32,000 nt of DNA, from positions 1-32,000 of the forward strand of contig NC_009073.1 in the NCBI RefSeq assembly GCF_000015805.1, given 5' to 3'. The stretch is from Pyrobaculum calidifontis JCM 11548 (lineage in GTDB: Archaea > Thermoproteota > Thermoprotei > Thermoproteales > Thermoproteaceae). Position numbers and translations under genes: made by a program. How positions within the stretch are numbered: the stretch's first letter is position 1; each line of letters starts with the position of its first letter. Below, in pieces: positions 22,625 to 31,939 of the stretch. The notes under the pieces were generated by a model that was given only the letters and a program-made list of their open reading frames with translations, was not told the DNA's origin and did not search any database.

Positions 22625-24529
22625 TTATAGAGCCCTGATCCTCTCGCCGACCTTTGGCACAACAGTCGTGATCTTGTACTTGAGCTCGATGGAGGTGGCT
22701 AGGCTGATGATCTTCGACGGCTCGCCGTGTATAAGCACAATTTTCTTTGGCTTTGGCTCTATGTGTTCGACGTACTTCATAAGCTCTCTCCTATCGCTGT
22801 GGCCCGAGAACCCCGGTATCGACGCCGCCTCCATCCTCATCTGTACCTTGATCTCGCCCGCAGTCAAGCTACGCACAGTGAATTCCCTCTCCCCGTTTAG
22901 TATCCTCCTCCCCAAGGTCCCCTCCGCTTGGTATGAGACAAAGATGAGCTTGTTTCTCTCGTCCGGTGCGAGCTGGGCGAAGTAGTCCAGGATAGGTCCG
23001 CCGTTTAACATGCCATGAGGCGCTATTATGACGGCTGGCTCCTCGCTCTGGGCTATCTTAGCCACCTGGTTTATCCTATCCTCAACCCGCTTAGCCCTAT
23101 CTACAATAACCACGGCGCCCGACGTGGTAAATGGATTCACCCCACTGTATATTTCTTCGGCCACCTCTGGGTTTAGGTAGTGCGGGTACATGAGGTAGAC
23201 GTTCAACGTCTCCACAATCATGCCGTCTACGTAGATGGGGACCCTGGGAATGAGGCCTCCCTCCATCATCTTATTCAGTATGTAGAGTATCTCCTGCCCT
23301 CTCCCAGTGCTAAAGGCGGGAATGAGGACCTTCCCGCCCTTAGCCACAGTCTCTGCGACGTGTTTAGCCAAGGCGTTCTCTGCCTCCACCCTCGGCGGCT
23401 GGACGTCGTCTCTACCCCCGTAGGTGGACTCCATGATCAACATCTCCACCCGCTTAAACTTGTTCACAGCCCTGTTCAAAAGCCTGGTCTTACCGTACTT
23501 GAAATCCCCAGTGTAGAGTATGTTGTACCTCCCATTTCCAATGTGTAAGTGCGCCATCGCTGAGCCTATCTCGTGGCCGGCGTCGTAGAAAGTGAGCTTG
23601 ATGTCAGGCGTGATGTCCGTCACCTCCTCGTAGTCCAACGTAATTGTGTGATATATCACAGCCTCCACGTCGGCTCTCGAAAAGCTGGGCAAGCCCCCCT
23701 CCCTCTCCTTCAACTCCACATAGTCCATCAAGAGGATGTAGGCCTGGTACTTGGTCGGGTCAGTCGCGTATACTGGGCCGCGGTAGCCGTACTTATACAA
23801 CAGGGGCAGACAGCCCACGTGGTCCATGTGGGCGTGCGTTAAAACGACGGCGTCTAGGCGGTCTAAGTCCAGCATGTCCAACAGAGGGAAGTCCTCATCG
23901 TCTTGGACAGGCTTGAGGCCGCAGTCGAGCAAGACGTTGCTTTCGCCGGTGCTGACAAGCACGGCGCTCCGCCCCACCTCCATGGCTCCGCCGAGGAAGG
24001 TCACGGTGATAGGCCCCTCTTTAACCACGGGTTCTTGGTGAATAAACCTGGCAAGTCTCTCCATGAGCTCCCTCCTCTGCTCATAAGCGCCGTGGAAGAT
24101 CTGTCTCACGGCAAGCACCTCGTGCGCAGGTATTTTCTCGCCGCCCCTCGGCACGCCGCTCTCGATAACTGCCCTCCATCCCGTTTTTACAAAAATTTCA
24201 CGGGCCGCCTCCCTAAGCTCGGCCCCCCTCGCCGGCTTTGAGAGATAGACATACACATCGCCACTTTTCTCAAACACCACCTCCTCAACCCCGTCCAACA
24301 CCTCCGAAATCACTTGCCTAGCCCTCTTCTCAGGCAGGCGGCTAGACTCGTCGGCCCTCAGAACCACCCTCTTTTTCAACGCCTTAGCCACTTCTCCGAC
24401 TAAGTCAAAAGCCACGTCCAACGGCCTTCTGACATAGATACAGAGGTTTGGGCCTTCAAAACTCACCTTGGCCACCTCCACCCCTGAGAGAATAGACTTT
24501 ACCTTACTCTCAACCTCAAGATAAGACAC
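22625..24529 (-). CDS. aCPSF1 / FttA-type RNA cleavage factor (KH + metallo-beta-lactamase + beta-CASP)
   Basis: HAHMDHVG metallo-beta-lactamase motif, beta-CASP region, N-terminal KH-like VSFEGPNLCIYV. The maximal ORF reaches GTG 24742 (705 aa). I prefer GTG 24529 (634 aa) because AAAATTAATATA (24549-24560) lies 20-31 nt upstream and the 71-aa extension is low-complexity. Confidence 0.88.
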   Translation of the reverse strand: MSYLEVESKVKSILSGVEVAKVSFEGPNLCIYVRRPLDVAFDLVGEVAKALKKRVVLRADESSRLPEKRARQVISEVLDGVEEVVFEKSGDVYVYLSKPARGAELREAAREIFVKTGWRAVIESGVPRGGEKIPAHEVLAVRQIFHGAYEQRRELMERLARFIHQEPVVKEGPITVTFLGGAMEVGRSAVLVSTGESNVLLDCGLKPVQDDEDFPLLDMLDLDRLDAVVLTHAHMDHVGCLPLLYKYGYRGPVYATDPTKYQAYILLMDYVELKEREGGLPSFSRADVEAVIYHTITLDYEEVTDITPDIKLTFYDAGHEIGSAMAHLHIGNGRYNILYTGDFKYGKTRLLNRAVNKFKRVEMLIMESTYGGRDDVQPPRVEAENALAKHVAETVAKGGKVLIPAFSTGRGQEILYILNKMMEGGLIPRVPIYVDGMIVETLNVYLMYPHYLNPEVAEEIYSGVNPFTTSGAVVIVDRAKRVEDRINQVAKIAQSEEPAVIIAPHGMLNGGPILDYFAQLAPDERNKLIFVSYQAEGTLGRRILNGEREFTVRSLTAGEIKVQMRMEAASIPGFSGHSDRRELMKYVEHIEPKPKKIVLIHGEPSKIISLATSIELKYKITTVVPKVGERIRAL

Positions 24530-24548
24530 AGGGGATAAGTTCCACTGG

Positions 24549-24560
24549 TATATTAATTTT
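24549..24560 (-). promoter_or_regulatory. TATA box candidate for leaderless aCPSF1
   Basis: AAAATTAATATA on the minus strand, the only A/T-rich block within about 250 nt of GC-rich sequence. It is correctly spaced from GTG 24529. Confidence 0.5.
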
Positions 24561-24811
24561 GGCCACTCCGCCGAGATACGCTCAACACACCCCTCGACAA
24601 GTGGAATATGCTTTCTGGAAGTGTTACACGTCCCGGCCTTAGCGAGCCTCCTGGCAGTTGCACGACCCACGGAAGGCCCCCGAGGTGAGCTTGTAGCGAC
24701 GCCTGTGGGCGAGGTCTCCCCGTGCAGAGAGGCGAGCGGCACGACGTACGCCGTAGACTAATTCACCGACCTACCTAGTTATAAGTAGGTCGACGATAAA
24801 ATGTTCATCCT

Positions 24812-26233
24812 TTAGCCCCGGCGGCGAATGGTGTAATACGTCCTTGGGCCAAAGTCGTGGAGCTCCGCCCCCAGCGCCTTGGCCCGCTCTCTCACGTAGT
24901 CGGCCAGTTGGTAAAGCCTCTCGCTACGCAACCTGGCCCGCACTTCTACAAGGGCCTTCACCGCCTCCTCCACCTCCTTAGCCACCTCCCTCCTCTCAAG
25001 CACGCCTATTACGTCGGCCATTTTCACATAGTCGGCGAGGATGGCCAGCACGGTGTTCTTCGACAACTTGTCCACCTTGTGTAACACCGTGGATATGATG
25101 TACTTAGCCGCAGCGTAGAGCTGTTGCACCGCCTCTGGGGTAGAGAAGTCGTCCTCCAAGGCGCTGTAAAACGCCGCCTTGAAGTTGCCGATGTCCACCC
25201 GCTCTCTGTCGGCGTCTCCCGCATCGGCCACCGCCTGGCTCAGCTCGTCATACGCAGTGTATAAAGTCTTGACTATGTCCTCCGCCTGGTCGAGGAGCTC
25301 GAAGCTAAACTCCATGGGCTTCCTGTAGTGGCTCATGGCGTAGGCCAGGCGGAGGGCCTCCCCGCTGTACTTAGACAACACCTCCCTAAGTGTAATCACA
25401 TTGCCGAGGGACTTCGACATCTTCTCCCCCCTAACGGTGAGATACCCCACGTGTATCCAATATTTGGCAAAGTTGTCTACCCCAAAGTAGGCCTTTGCAA
25501 TGGCGATCTCGTTCTCGTGGTGGGGGAAGATGAGGTCGGCGCCGCCCCCGTGGAAGTCGAAGGGGACGCCCAAGTGCTTAGTGGACATCACCACGCACTC
25601 GAGGTGCCACCCAGGCCTCCCGGGGCACCAAGGCGAATTCCACCAAGGCTCCCCCGGACTCCAGCTCTTCCACAAGGCGAAGTCGAGGGGGTTCCTCTTC
25701 CCAGGCTCAGGCTCGACTCTCGCGCCTGCAATCAGCTCCTCTATCCTCTGCCTAGAGAGAACCCCGTAGTTGGGCACCTTCCCCACCTCGAAGTAGACAG
25801 AGCCGTCTGGGGCCACGTAGGCAAAGCCCTTCTCCACTAGCGCAGATATCCACTTCACCATGTCGTCTACGTTCTCCGTGACTCTGGGGTAGGCGTAGGC
25901 GGGCTTTATGAAAAGGCGCTTAGACACCTCGAAGAACTCCGCGATGTACCGCTCAGGCACCTCCCTCCACCTTTTATAAGCCTCAGGGCCAAACTCCTCC
26001 CTAGCCTTTGCGATGATCTTGTCATCTATGTCCGTGAAATTTACCACGAGGCGGACCTCGTACCCCAAAGACTCGAGGTACCGCCTAAACATGTCAAAGA
26101 AGACATACACTCTCCCATGCCCCACGTGGACGTGGTCATATGGAGTAATGCCACAGACATAGCCTCTGGCAAGGCCCGGCGTATAAGTCGTAAACTCCTC
26201 CACCTGCCTAGTCGCCGTATTGTAGATGCGCAT
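24812..26233 (-). CDS. cysS: cysteine--tRNA ligase
   Basis: 473 aa. HIGH-type HVGHGRVY, KMSKS, class I CysRS blocks (PWCPGRPGWHLEC). Confidence 0.95.
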   Translation of the reverse strand: MRIYNTATRQVEEFTTYTPGLARGYVCGITPYDHVHVGHGRVYVFFDMFRRYLESLGYEVRLVVNFTDIDDKIIAKAREEFGPEAYKRWREVPERYIAEFFEVSKRLFIKPAYAYPRVTENVDDMVKWISALVEKGFAYVAPDGSVYFEVGKVPNYGVLSRQRIEELIAGARVEPEPGKRNPLDFALWKSWSPGEPWWNSPWCPGRPGWHLECVVMSTKHLGVPFDFHGGGADLIFPHHENEIAIAKAYFGVDNFAKYWIHVGYLTVRGEKMSKSLGNVITLREVLSKYSGEALRLAYAMSHYRKPMEFSFELLDQAEDIVKTLYTAYDELSQAVADAGDADRERVDIGNFKAAFYSALEDDFSTPEAVQQLYAAAKYIISTVLHKVDKLSKNTVLAILADYVKMADVIGVLERREVAKEVEEAVKALVEVRARLRSERLYQLADYVRERAKALGAELHDFGPRTYYTIRRRG

Positions 26234-26405
26234 AGGTCAGAAAAATTAGCTAATAAAAAACTACGGGTCAAGCGGGAGAGACCTCGTAAAGACGTACGCC
26301 ATGTCCGGCGGCTCCCTTCCCTCAGCCAAGAGGTACCCCTCGTAATTGGCATGTAGTAGTTCAGCAAGTCGTAGCGCCTAGCCGCCTTTACCCTCGAATA
26401 TAAGA

Positions 26406-29400
26406 TTAAAGCCTCCTTAGGAGGGCCAGGAGAAATCCGCCAGCGACGCCTAAGAGGAGCGGCTCCACCTTGCGCAGAGTCTCGACTACACCCATGTTTG
26501 GCTCTCTCCCCGAGGCCAAGCTCATCTCAACAAGGGCCCTAGCCGCCAGAGTGAGGGGAGTTGGGGGTTCTGAGTACAGCTTGGCTAAGTCCTCCACGAG
26601 GCGCCAATCCCCAGTGGCCACCGCTCTCTCGAGGAGGTAGCGGTAGTAGGGCCTTGCCTCGGGGGGCAGTAGGCCGTACGTCCTATTCGCCGCCGTATAG
26701 GCGTCGGGCGGCACTGCGAAGCCCACGAACTCAGTGACGTTGGACACCCCCATATACGTCACGCGTATGGTGTAGTTGACGAGGCCGAGCCTGCGGAAGT
26801 CCCCCACCACCTCCACTCGTCCATCCACTTGTCTCCCCCCGAGGAGAGGTACGGCGAGGAGGCCCCCTACGGGGAAAATGGGCAAGCCGCGGAGGGAGCC
26901 CAGCCGAGTGTAATTCAGCCCAGCGGTCAAAGAGGCCCACTCCACCGTTGCCTCGGCCGAGGTGGAGTTCGAGGCAGCGGCTATCCGCGCGGCGCATGTG
27001 GCGTTTGAGGACAGGCGGAGAGTGGCGTTGAGGGGCACCACGTCGGCCCTAGAGAGACCACACCCCTCGACTCTAACCGCCACTCTTGCAGGAGCGGCCG
27101 GCTCCACGCGGCCCACCACTTGCACCTCGGCAGTTGCGCCAACGGGGAGGAGGCGGGGCGCCGAGAGGGAGAGCTCCACCTTGTACAAGACGACTGTTGT
27201 GCGGTTCACATAGGGGCCCAGCTTGACCTCCACCTCATAAGCCCCGGGGCGCCCCGACGTGTCCACAGGCACACTCTCAGTATAAACGCCCGGCCCCAGG
27301 GAGACCTCCCGGCTGAGCCAGGGGGTGGCCAAGACGCCCCTTATGTAGAGCCCCTGGGGTACCTCGACCCTAATCTGCATATGCGCCGAGGAGCCTACCT
27401 CCGCCAAGATGGGCTGGGCGGCCACCACGGCCAGCGGCCGGGTAAAGCTCAAGGCGCCGAACCCGTAGTCCACCGTTGCGACGCCCCCGCTGGGCCGCAC
27501 CCCCACGACGAACGACGCAGAGCCGCGGACCCCCCTCCCTGCCACGACGTAGGTGTAGTTGCCGGGCGTCTCCACCCTCAGTTCTACAAAGGCAGACTCG
27601 CCCCCCTTGTCGATAGTCCAGTTGAGCAGGCGGGCCTCCACCCTAGGCGGAGGCACGTAGAGGTGTGCCGTTGCGGGGCCAAAGGAGGTGGGTACGGAGA
27701 CGTTTAACACGGGGCCGTAGGCGCTATGCCACGTTAGCTCGGTGAAGTTAAAGCCGCATCCGCCCCTGGGCACATTTACCACAAGCCGCCTGCCCCCAAC
27801 CTCTACCACATATCTGGCGTCCACCGAGGGCTTACACACGGAGACCACGGCCTTAAAGACCGCGGAGAAGTTGTTGGGCCGCACTGTGCCCTCCACGAGG
27901 AGCAGAGACACGTTGGGCCTCGGCAAATACACCGCCGCCGCGGCGCGGCCCTCGTACACGACAGTGACGTTTTCGCCGTAGCGGTAGGAGACCACAGCCA
28001 AGCCCCCCTGGAGAGGCTCAACGCTGAGCGCGCCATCGAAGTTCGGCGGCGGAGGAGAGGAGACCTCTACGTTGTACCTAAGCCCCACCAGTATGCGAGC
28101 CACGCCGCCCTCTACCACGGCCCCCAAGGGCTCCACCTTCACCACCACCTCCGGCGCCTCGAGGCTGACCCACTCAGCAAGCCTGCCCACCCCCACGAGG
28201 ACTCTCTTTCTCTCCCCTGGCCGCAACGCCACGGTGAGGTTCAAGACGCCGCCTGTATAGACGCCGCGCGTAACTCCATCCACGGAGGCGGCGCCGCTGA
28301 ACTTGGCCCAAGGCGGCCCAACAACGGCGACTGAGAGGACGTAGCGGAGGAGGCCCCCCTCCAATTTGGGAGACGAGACAGAGACAGAGAGGCGGGCCTC
28401 CACGTGGACAACAGCCGCCACGTAGCCGCCGTAAACAAGCTCCACGTCGGTGGGCAGCTTGCCAACAGAGTAGCTACGCTGCTCAGAGCCGAAATACGCC
28501 GTCAAGACCCCCCTCTCGCTGTCTAAGTCGTAGCTTAGGCTATATGACAGCCCGTATATGGGGACTGTAGCGTTGGCGACGCCGCAACTCACCGTGGCGT
28601 TGCCGCCCACCTTGTCCACCACCTTAAACCCCAGCTTAAACACAGTCGTCGAATTGGGAGGCACAGCCACCTTAGACGAGTTGAACTGGACGCCGGAGGC
28701 CGCCGCGTTGAGAAAACAGACAAGAGACAAGGGGTTGGGATTTGACAAAGTCACATTGACGTAGCCGCGGCCTCCCGCGCCGAGGAAGAGGCGGGAAGGA
28801 GAGGCCGCGAGGGCGGGTGGGGACAAGTTAAGTCTTACATAGGCCGCGTAGCCGCCGTACTCCACCGCCAAGGTATAAGGCCTTAAGACGCCCGTAAAGT
28901 TGTAGACGCCGCACCCATCCGCGAGCCGGACTTCCGAGCCGTTTACTTTTACGACTCCATTGATTTTGACCCCGTTGAGCTCGGCGCACAAGTTGACAGA
29001 GATTTTCCCATCCTCATACCGTCCGCCAGCCAAGTAGGTGCGCAACTGGGTGAAAAACACAGTCACAGCCACGTGTACAGTGTCGCTGTAGTTGTTGACA
29101 AAGGCGGCTAGGAGAGTGCCGTTTCTCACTTCGAACTCTCTGTTGAGCAATAGGTTAGACACAACGCGCGGGTCGTCCACCGAAATCTTCACCAAGCCCG
29201 TCGGCGCAGTAAACTCGTAGTACACCGCCGAGTAGCCCGGGATGTCCAGGTAGAGGTAGTAGGGCCCAGGCGAGAGTGTGACGGCCTTCCGCTCGGGCTC
29301 GTACCTAACGCCGCCAAGCTCCACGCTCTTGGCAAGCGCCAAGAGGAACTGGACGTAGAGCCTGGCCGCCCCACTCCTCGTGAGAAAGGCCTTGAGCACA

Positions 29401-29927
29401 GACTCCCACGAAGACGCCTGCTGGAGGTGCCAAGCGACGGCGGCGCTGTACTTATACCAATCGTACACCCTATCCTCGCCAAGGGAGAAGGGGTTGACGG
29501 AATACAGCTTGTCCGAGAAGTACATGGCGGGGAAGTAGTACACCCCAGTGGCCACAGACGCCATGCCCTCCGGCGCCGCCTCCTTCGCCCAGAAGTAGTC
29601 GTATATGTCAGGGTCGTAGTTGGCCAAAAAGACGTGCCCCACTTCGTGAAACACAAGCCTCCTCGTGTAGCGGCCAAAGTCGACCTCTAACACGCAGCGC
29701 CCTCCAAGCTTCGTGTAGGACACATCCCCAAGAGACTGATTATAGTACACCCGGTACTTGTCCCCCTGGCATGGGGGCGCCGGGGAGAGGCCCTTAGAAA
29801 CATAGAAGCTGTAGGCATCCTCCAAGTACTTGGCCAGGGTGGGGTCGTCCGGCGTAATTACAAAGTGCTCAGTCTCAAGAGCGGCCACGGCAACGGCGAG
29901 GAAGAGCGCGAAGAGCAAAACACGCAC
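26406..29927 (-). CDS. large secreted, C-terminally anchored surface glycoprotein with N-terminal HExxH (MA-clan peptidase-like) domain
   Basis: 1173 aa. Signal peptide MRVLLFALFLAVAVAA. TEHFVI...FHEVGH, with HEVGH at nt 29634-29648. About 27 N-x-S/T sequons by my count. Long beta-rich V/G/A/S-rich body. C-terminal hydrophobic helix plus basic tail LLLGVAGGFLLALLRRL. Confidence 0.85.
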   Translation of the reverse strand: MRVLLFALFLAVAVAALETEHFVITPDDPTLAKYLEDAYSFYVSKGLSPAPPCQGDKYRVYYNQSLGDVSYTKLGGRCVLEVDFGRYTRRLVFHEVGHVFLANYDPDIYDYFWAKEAAPEGMASVATGVYYFPAMYFSDKLYSVNPFSLGEDRVYDWYKYSAAVAWHLQQASSWESVLKAFLTRSGAARLYVQFLLALAKSVELGGVRYEPERKAVTLSPGPYYLYLDIPGYSAVYYEFTAPTGLVKISVDDPRVVSNLLLNREFEVRNGTLLAAFVNNYSDTVHVAVTVFFTQLRTYLAGGRYEDGKISVNLCAELNGVKINGVVKVNGSEVRLADGCGVYNFTGVLRPYTLAVEYGGYAAYVRLNLSPPALAASPSRLFLGAGGRGYVNVTLSNPNPLSLVCFLNAAASGVQFNSSKVAVPPNSTTVFKLGFKVVDKVGGNATVSCGVANATVPIYGLSYSLSYDLDSERGVLTAYFGSEQRSYSVGKLPTDVELVYGGYVAAVVHVEARLSVSVSSPKLEGGLLRYVLSVAVVGPPWAKFSGAASVDGVTRGVYTGGVLNLTVALRPGERKRVLVGVGRLAEWVSLEAPEVVVKVEPLGAVVEGGVARILVGLRYNVEVSSPPPPNFDGALSVEPLQGGLAVVSYRYGENVTVVYEGRAAAAVYLPRPNVSLLLVEGTVRPNNFSAVFKAVVSVCKPSVDARYVVEVGGRRLVVNVPRGGCGFNFTELTWHSAYGPVLNVSVPTSFGPATAHLYVPPPRVEARLLNWTIDKGGESAFVELRVETPGNYTYVVAGRGVRGSASFVVGVRPSGGVATVDYGFGALSFTRPLAVVAAQPILAEVGSSAHMQIRVEVPQGLYIRGVLATPWLSREVSLGPGVYTESVPVDTSGRPGAYEVEVKLGPYVNRTTVVLYKVELSLSAPRLLPVGATAEVQVVGRVEPAAPARVAVRVEGCGLSRADVVPLNATLRLSSNATCAARIAAASNSTSAEATVEWASLTAGLNYTRLGSLRGLPIFPVGGLLAVPLLGGRQVDGRVEVVGDFRRLGLVNYTIRVTYMGVSNVTEFVGFAVPPDAYTAANRTYGLLPPEARPYYRYLLERAVATGDWRLVEDLAKLYSEPPTPLTLAARALVEMSLASGREPNMGVVETLRKVEPLLLGVAGGFLLALLRRL

Positions 29928-29958
29928 GACGAATTAAAATACCCCCAATATATCCCTT
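29928..29958. promoter_or_regulatory. 31-bp divergent promoter region shared by the two surface-protein genes
   Basis: GAATTAAAATA near the left end is spaced correctly for ATG 29959. AATATAT near the right end is spaced correctly for the minus-strand ATG at 29927. Both genes would be leaderless. Confidence 0.55.
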
Positions 29959-31899
29959 ATGGACACCAAACCCTGGCTACTACTAGCGTTAGCAGCCGCG
30001 TTAGTTGTAATATTCTACTTGATGAATACATCACAGACTCCCACGGTGCCTACGCCGACACCGACAACTACTGCAACGGTGACCCCAAGCCCGACCACCT
30101 CCACTACGCTGACGGCCACGCCCACTGAGACGCCGAAGCCCACAGCCACTGCTACTACGACGACGGCACCCAAGCCCAGCGCCGCGCCCGTGTATATCCC
30201 ACGCCTCGAGGTAGAGCTGTCGGCGCCCCAGGCGGTGAACACCACGAAGTTGCCCACGGCGGTGAATTACACCGTGACGTTGAGAAACGTTGGAAACGGC
30301 ACGGCGGTGGTGTACGTCTTTGGAAAATACGTGGAAGTCAAGCCGGGCGAGGTGGTTAAGTTAAACGCCACAGCCACGGCACAGGCGGCGGGCATACTCA
30401 AAATAGCAGTCGAAGTAAACGGCACAGAGTACGCAAGGGAGGTCTACATCTACTACTACACACCGATCTTGGCGGCAGAACCCGCCTACGTCGAAGTGAG
30501 AAAGTTACCCACAAACGTCACCCTAAGCGTGGTGGTAAAAAACGTGGGCAACTGGACCGGGAGGCTCGGCCCCATAGAGATACCGCCCGGAGGCACAGCC
30601 GCAATAAATATAACAGCGGCGGTCAACGCCACAGGCACCTACTCTCTGCAAATAGGCGGCGTAGAGGTGCCCATAACCGTCGTGTACAAGGCGCCGAGCT
30701 TTGAAATAAAGACGGGCGGCCCCACGGAGACGGAGGCCCTCCCCGGGGAGAAGTACCCCGCCTGGCTGTGGATAAAAAACGTGGGCAACGCCACAGCCAA
30801 ACTCTCCATAGACGGCGAAGAAAGAGAGCTAGGGCCAGGCGACGCTGTCAATATCACAAAGTGGATACAAGTAGACAAGGTAGGCATCTACAAAGCTGTG
30901 TTTAAGGTGGAGGGCGACTTAAACACGACGGCCGTGCACCAGCTGTCCGCCAAGATAGTGGCCGTGAAAGTGGAGATGGTGTTGTGGAAGCCCGAGCTCA
31001 GGAGGGGCTGGCCGCCGCCCAACGGGGAGGATAGAACGTCACTGTTGCTTGAATCCAAGACTGCCGAAGTGCAGTGGGGGTACATAATAACTTCAAACGC
31101 CAGCAAGCGAACTGTCGTAGTATATGTTGAGGACGTTCAAGGCCGCGACTATTTCACAATACCGCCCAAAGGCTCCGTAGGCAGAAATCTAACTGCCACA
31201 GTCCAAGCGCCGGGGAGCATAGCCGTCTGGGTAATCGTGAACGGCACTAAGTACACATACGTCATAAGTACACAACTTGTCCCGCCTAAGGTCACTATAA
31301 GAGATGTCTCAAAAATAGAGTTTAGAGACTCCAGAGAAATTCTTGGTCTAGGGATAAAGTGTAGCGGAATACCGATAGTGGGTACAATACAGCGTACAAT
31401 AGACATAGTGGAAGTTTCTGGAGTGTTGGCTTATACCACAGACGGCAAGACCATAGAGGGTACTGTAAAGATCAGAAGCGTCGACGTATACACAGGTAGC
31501 TACAGAGGTATCATCACTGGCACAAGCGGACGAGTAGACATCGATGTGGACTTCATGGGAGGACACCACGTAATTACTACAAAGTTCCGGACGTCTCCGT
31601 TTGAAATAACTGAGGTCCTAATAGACGGTGTCCCCGGGAAATGCGATATACCAACTCAGCTGATACCTAGCATATTCCTCAGCGGAAAACCCGCGGCTGA
31701 CAATGAATTGGCGACGCAGTACGCCTTTAGGCTAGTGTCTGCTTTTAAGAAGGGGGACAGCGACGTGCCTCAGCGGGTCGAGTGGAATGGAGAATACGTA
31801 GAGGTAGTAGACAAGGGAGGCAACGTGCTGAGGGTCTACTTTGGACAGGGAGAAGTGGTCATAGAGGGGCCCCTCTCGGCCAGGCTGGTGATATCTTAG
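29959..31899 (+). CDS. secreted/membrane-anchored surface protein with Thr/Pro-rich stalk and CARDB/Ig-like repeats
   Basis: 646 aa. N-terminal hydrophobic segment WLLLALAAALVVIFYL. T/P-rich linker at aa 25-77 (nt 30031-30189). Three [RK]NVGN-x-T motifs (nt 30283, 30538, 30775). About 15 N-x-S/T sequons. Confidence 0.85.
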   Translation: MDTKPWLLLALAAALVVIFYLMNTSQTPTVPTPTPTTTATVTPSPTTSTTLTATPTETPKPTATATTTTAPKPSAAPVYIPRLEVELSAPQAVNTTKLPTAVNYTVTLRNVGNGTAVVYVFGKYVEVKPGEVVKLNATATAQAAGILKIAVEVNGTEYAREVYIYYYTPILAAEPAYVEVRKLPTNVTLSVVVKNVGNWTGRLGPIEIPPGGTAAINITAAVNATGTYSLQIGGVEVPITVVYKAPSFEIKTGGPTETEALPGEKYPAWLWIKNVGNATAKLSIDGEERELGPGDAVNITKWIQVDKVGIYKAVFKVEGDLNTTAVHQLSAKIVAVKVEMVLWKPELRRGWPPPNGEDRTSLLLESKTAEVQWGYIITSNASKRTVVVYVEDVQGRDYFTIPPKGSVGRNLTATVQAPGSIAVWVIVNGTKYTYVISTQLVPPKVTIRDVSKIEFRDSREILGLGIKCSGIPIVGTIQRTIDIVEVSGVLAYTTDGKTIEGTVKIRSVDVYTGSYRGIITGTSGRVDIDVDFMGGHHVITTKFRTSPFEITEVLIDGVPGKCDIPTQLIPSIFLSGKPAADNELATQYAFRLVSAFKKGDSDVPQRVEWNGEYVEVVDKGGNVLRVYFGQGEVVIEGPLSARLVIS

Positions 31900-31939
31900 C
31901 AGGAGAGAAAATTTTAAAAAGACGACCAATTTGTGGTTC

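Noticed and set aside
22624-22662. Longer pyk start (MCQRSARGSGLYN...) overlapping aCPSF1
   Set aside because: The downstream ATG 22623 gives the conserved start region and a 1-nt stop-start junction. The extension would overlap the upstream gene by 38 nt.
24626-24683. ACACGTCCCGGCCTTAGCG resembles bacterial RNase P CR-V (ACAGAACCCGGCUUAUCGG) and pairs with a downstream GGAAGGCC (CR-I-like)
   Set aside because: The order of the two elements is reversed relative to all RNase P RNAs. The CR-I A-rich core GGAAAGUCC is not matched, and the pairing is a simple local hairpin. This is not enough to call RNase P, so the region is only flagged for a covariance-model scan.
282-24792. Recurrent CTAC...GTAG-containing palindromes near promoters (282-303, 4083-4094, 17806-17815, 24767-24792)
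   Set aside because: They share only a 4-nt core, with different lengths and spacers. That is too little to propose a common regulatory motif without a genome-wide statistical test.
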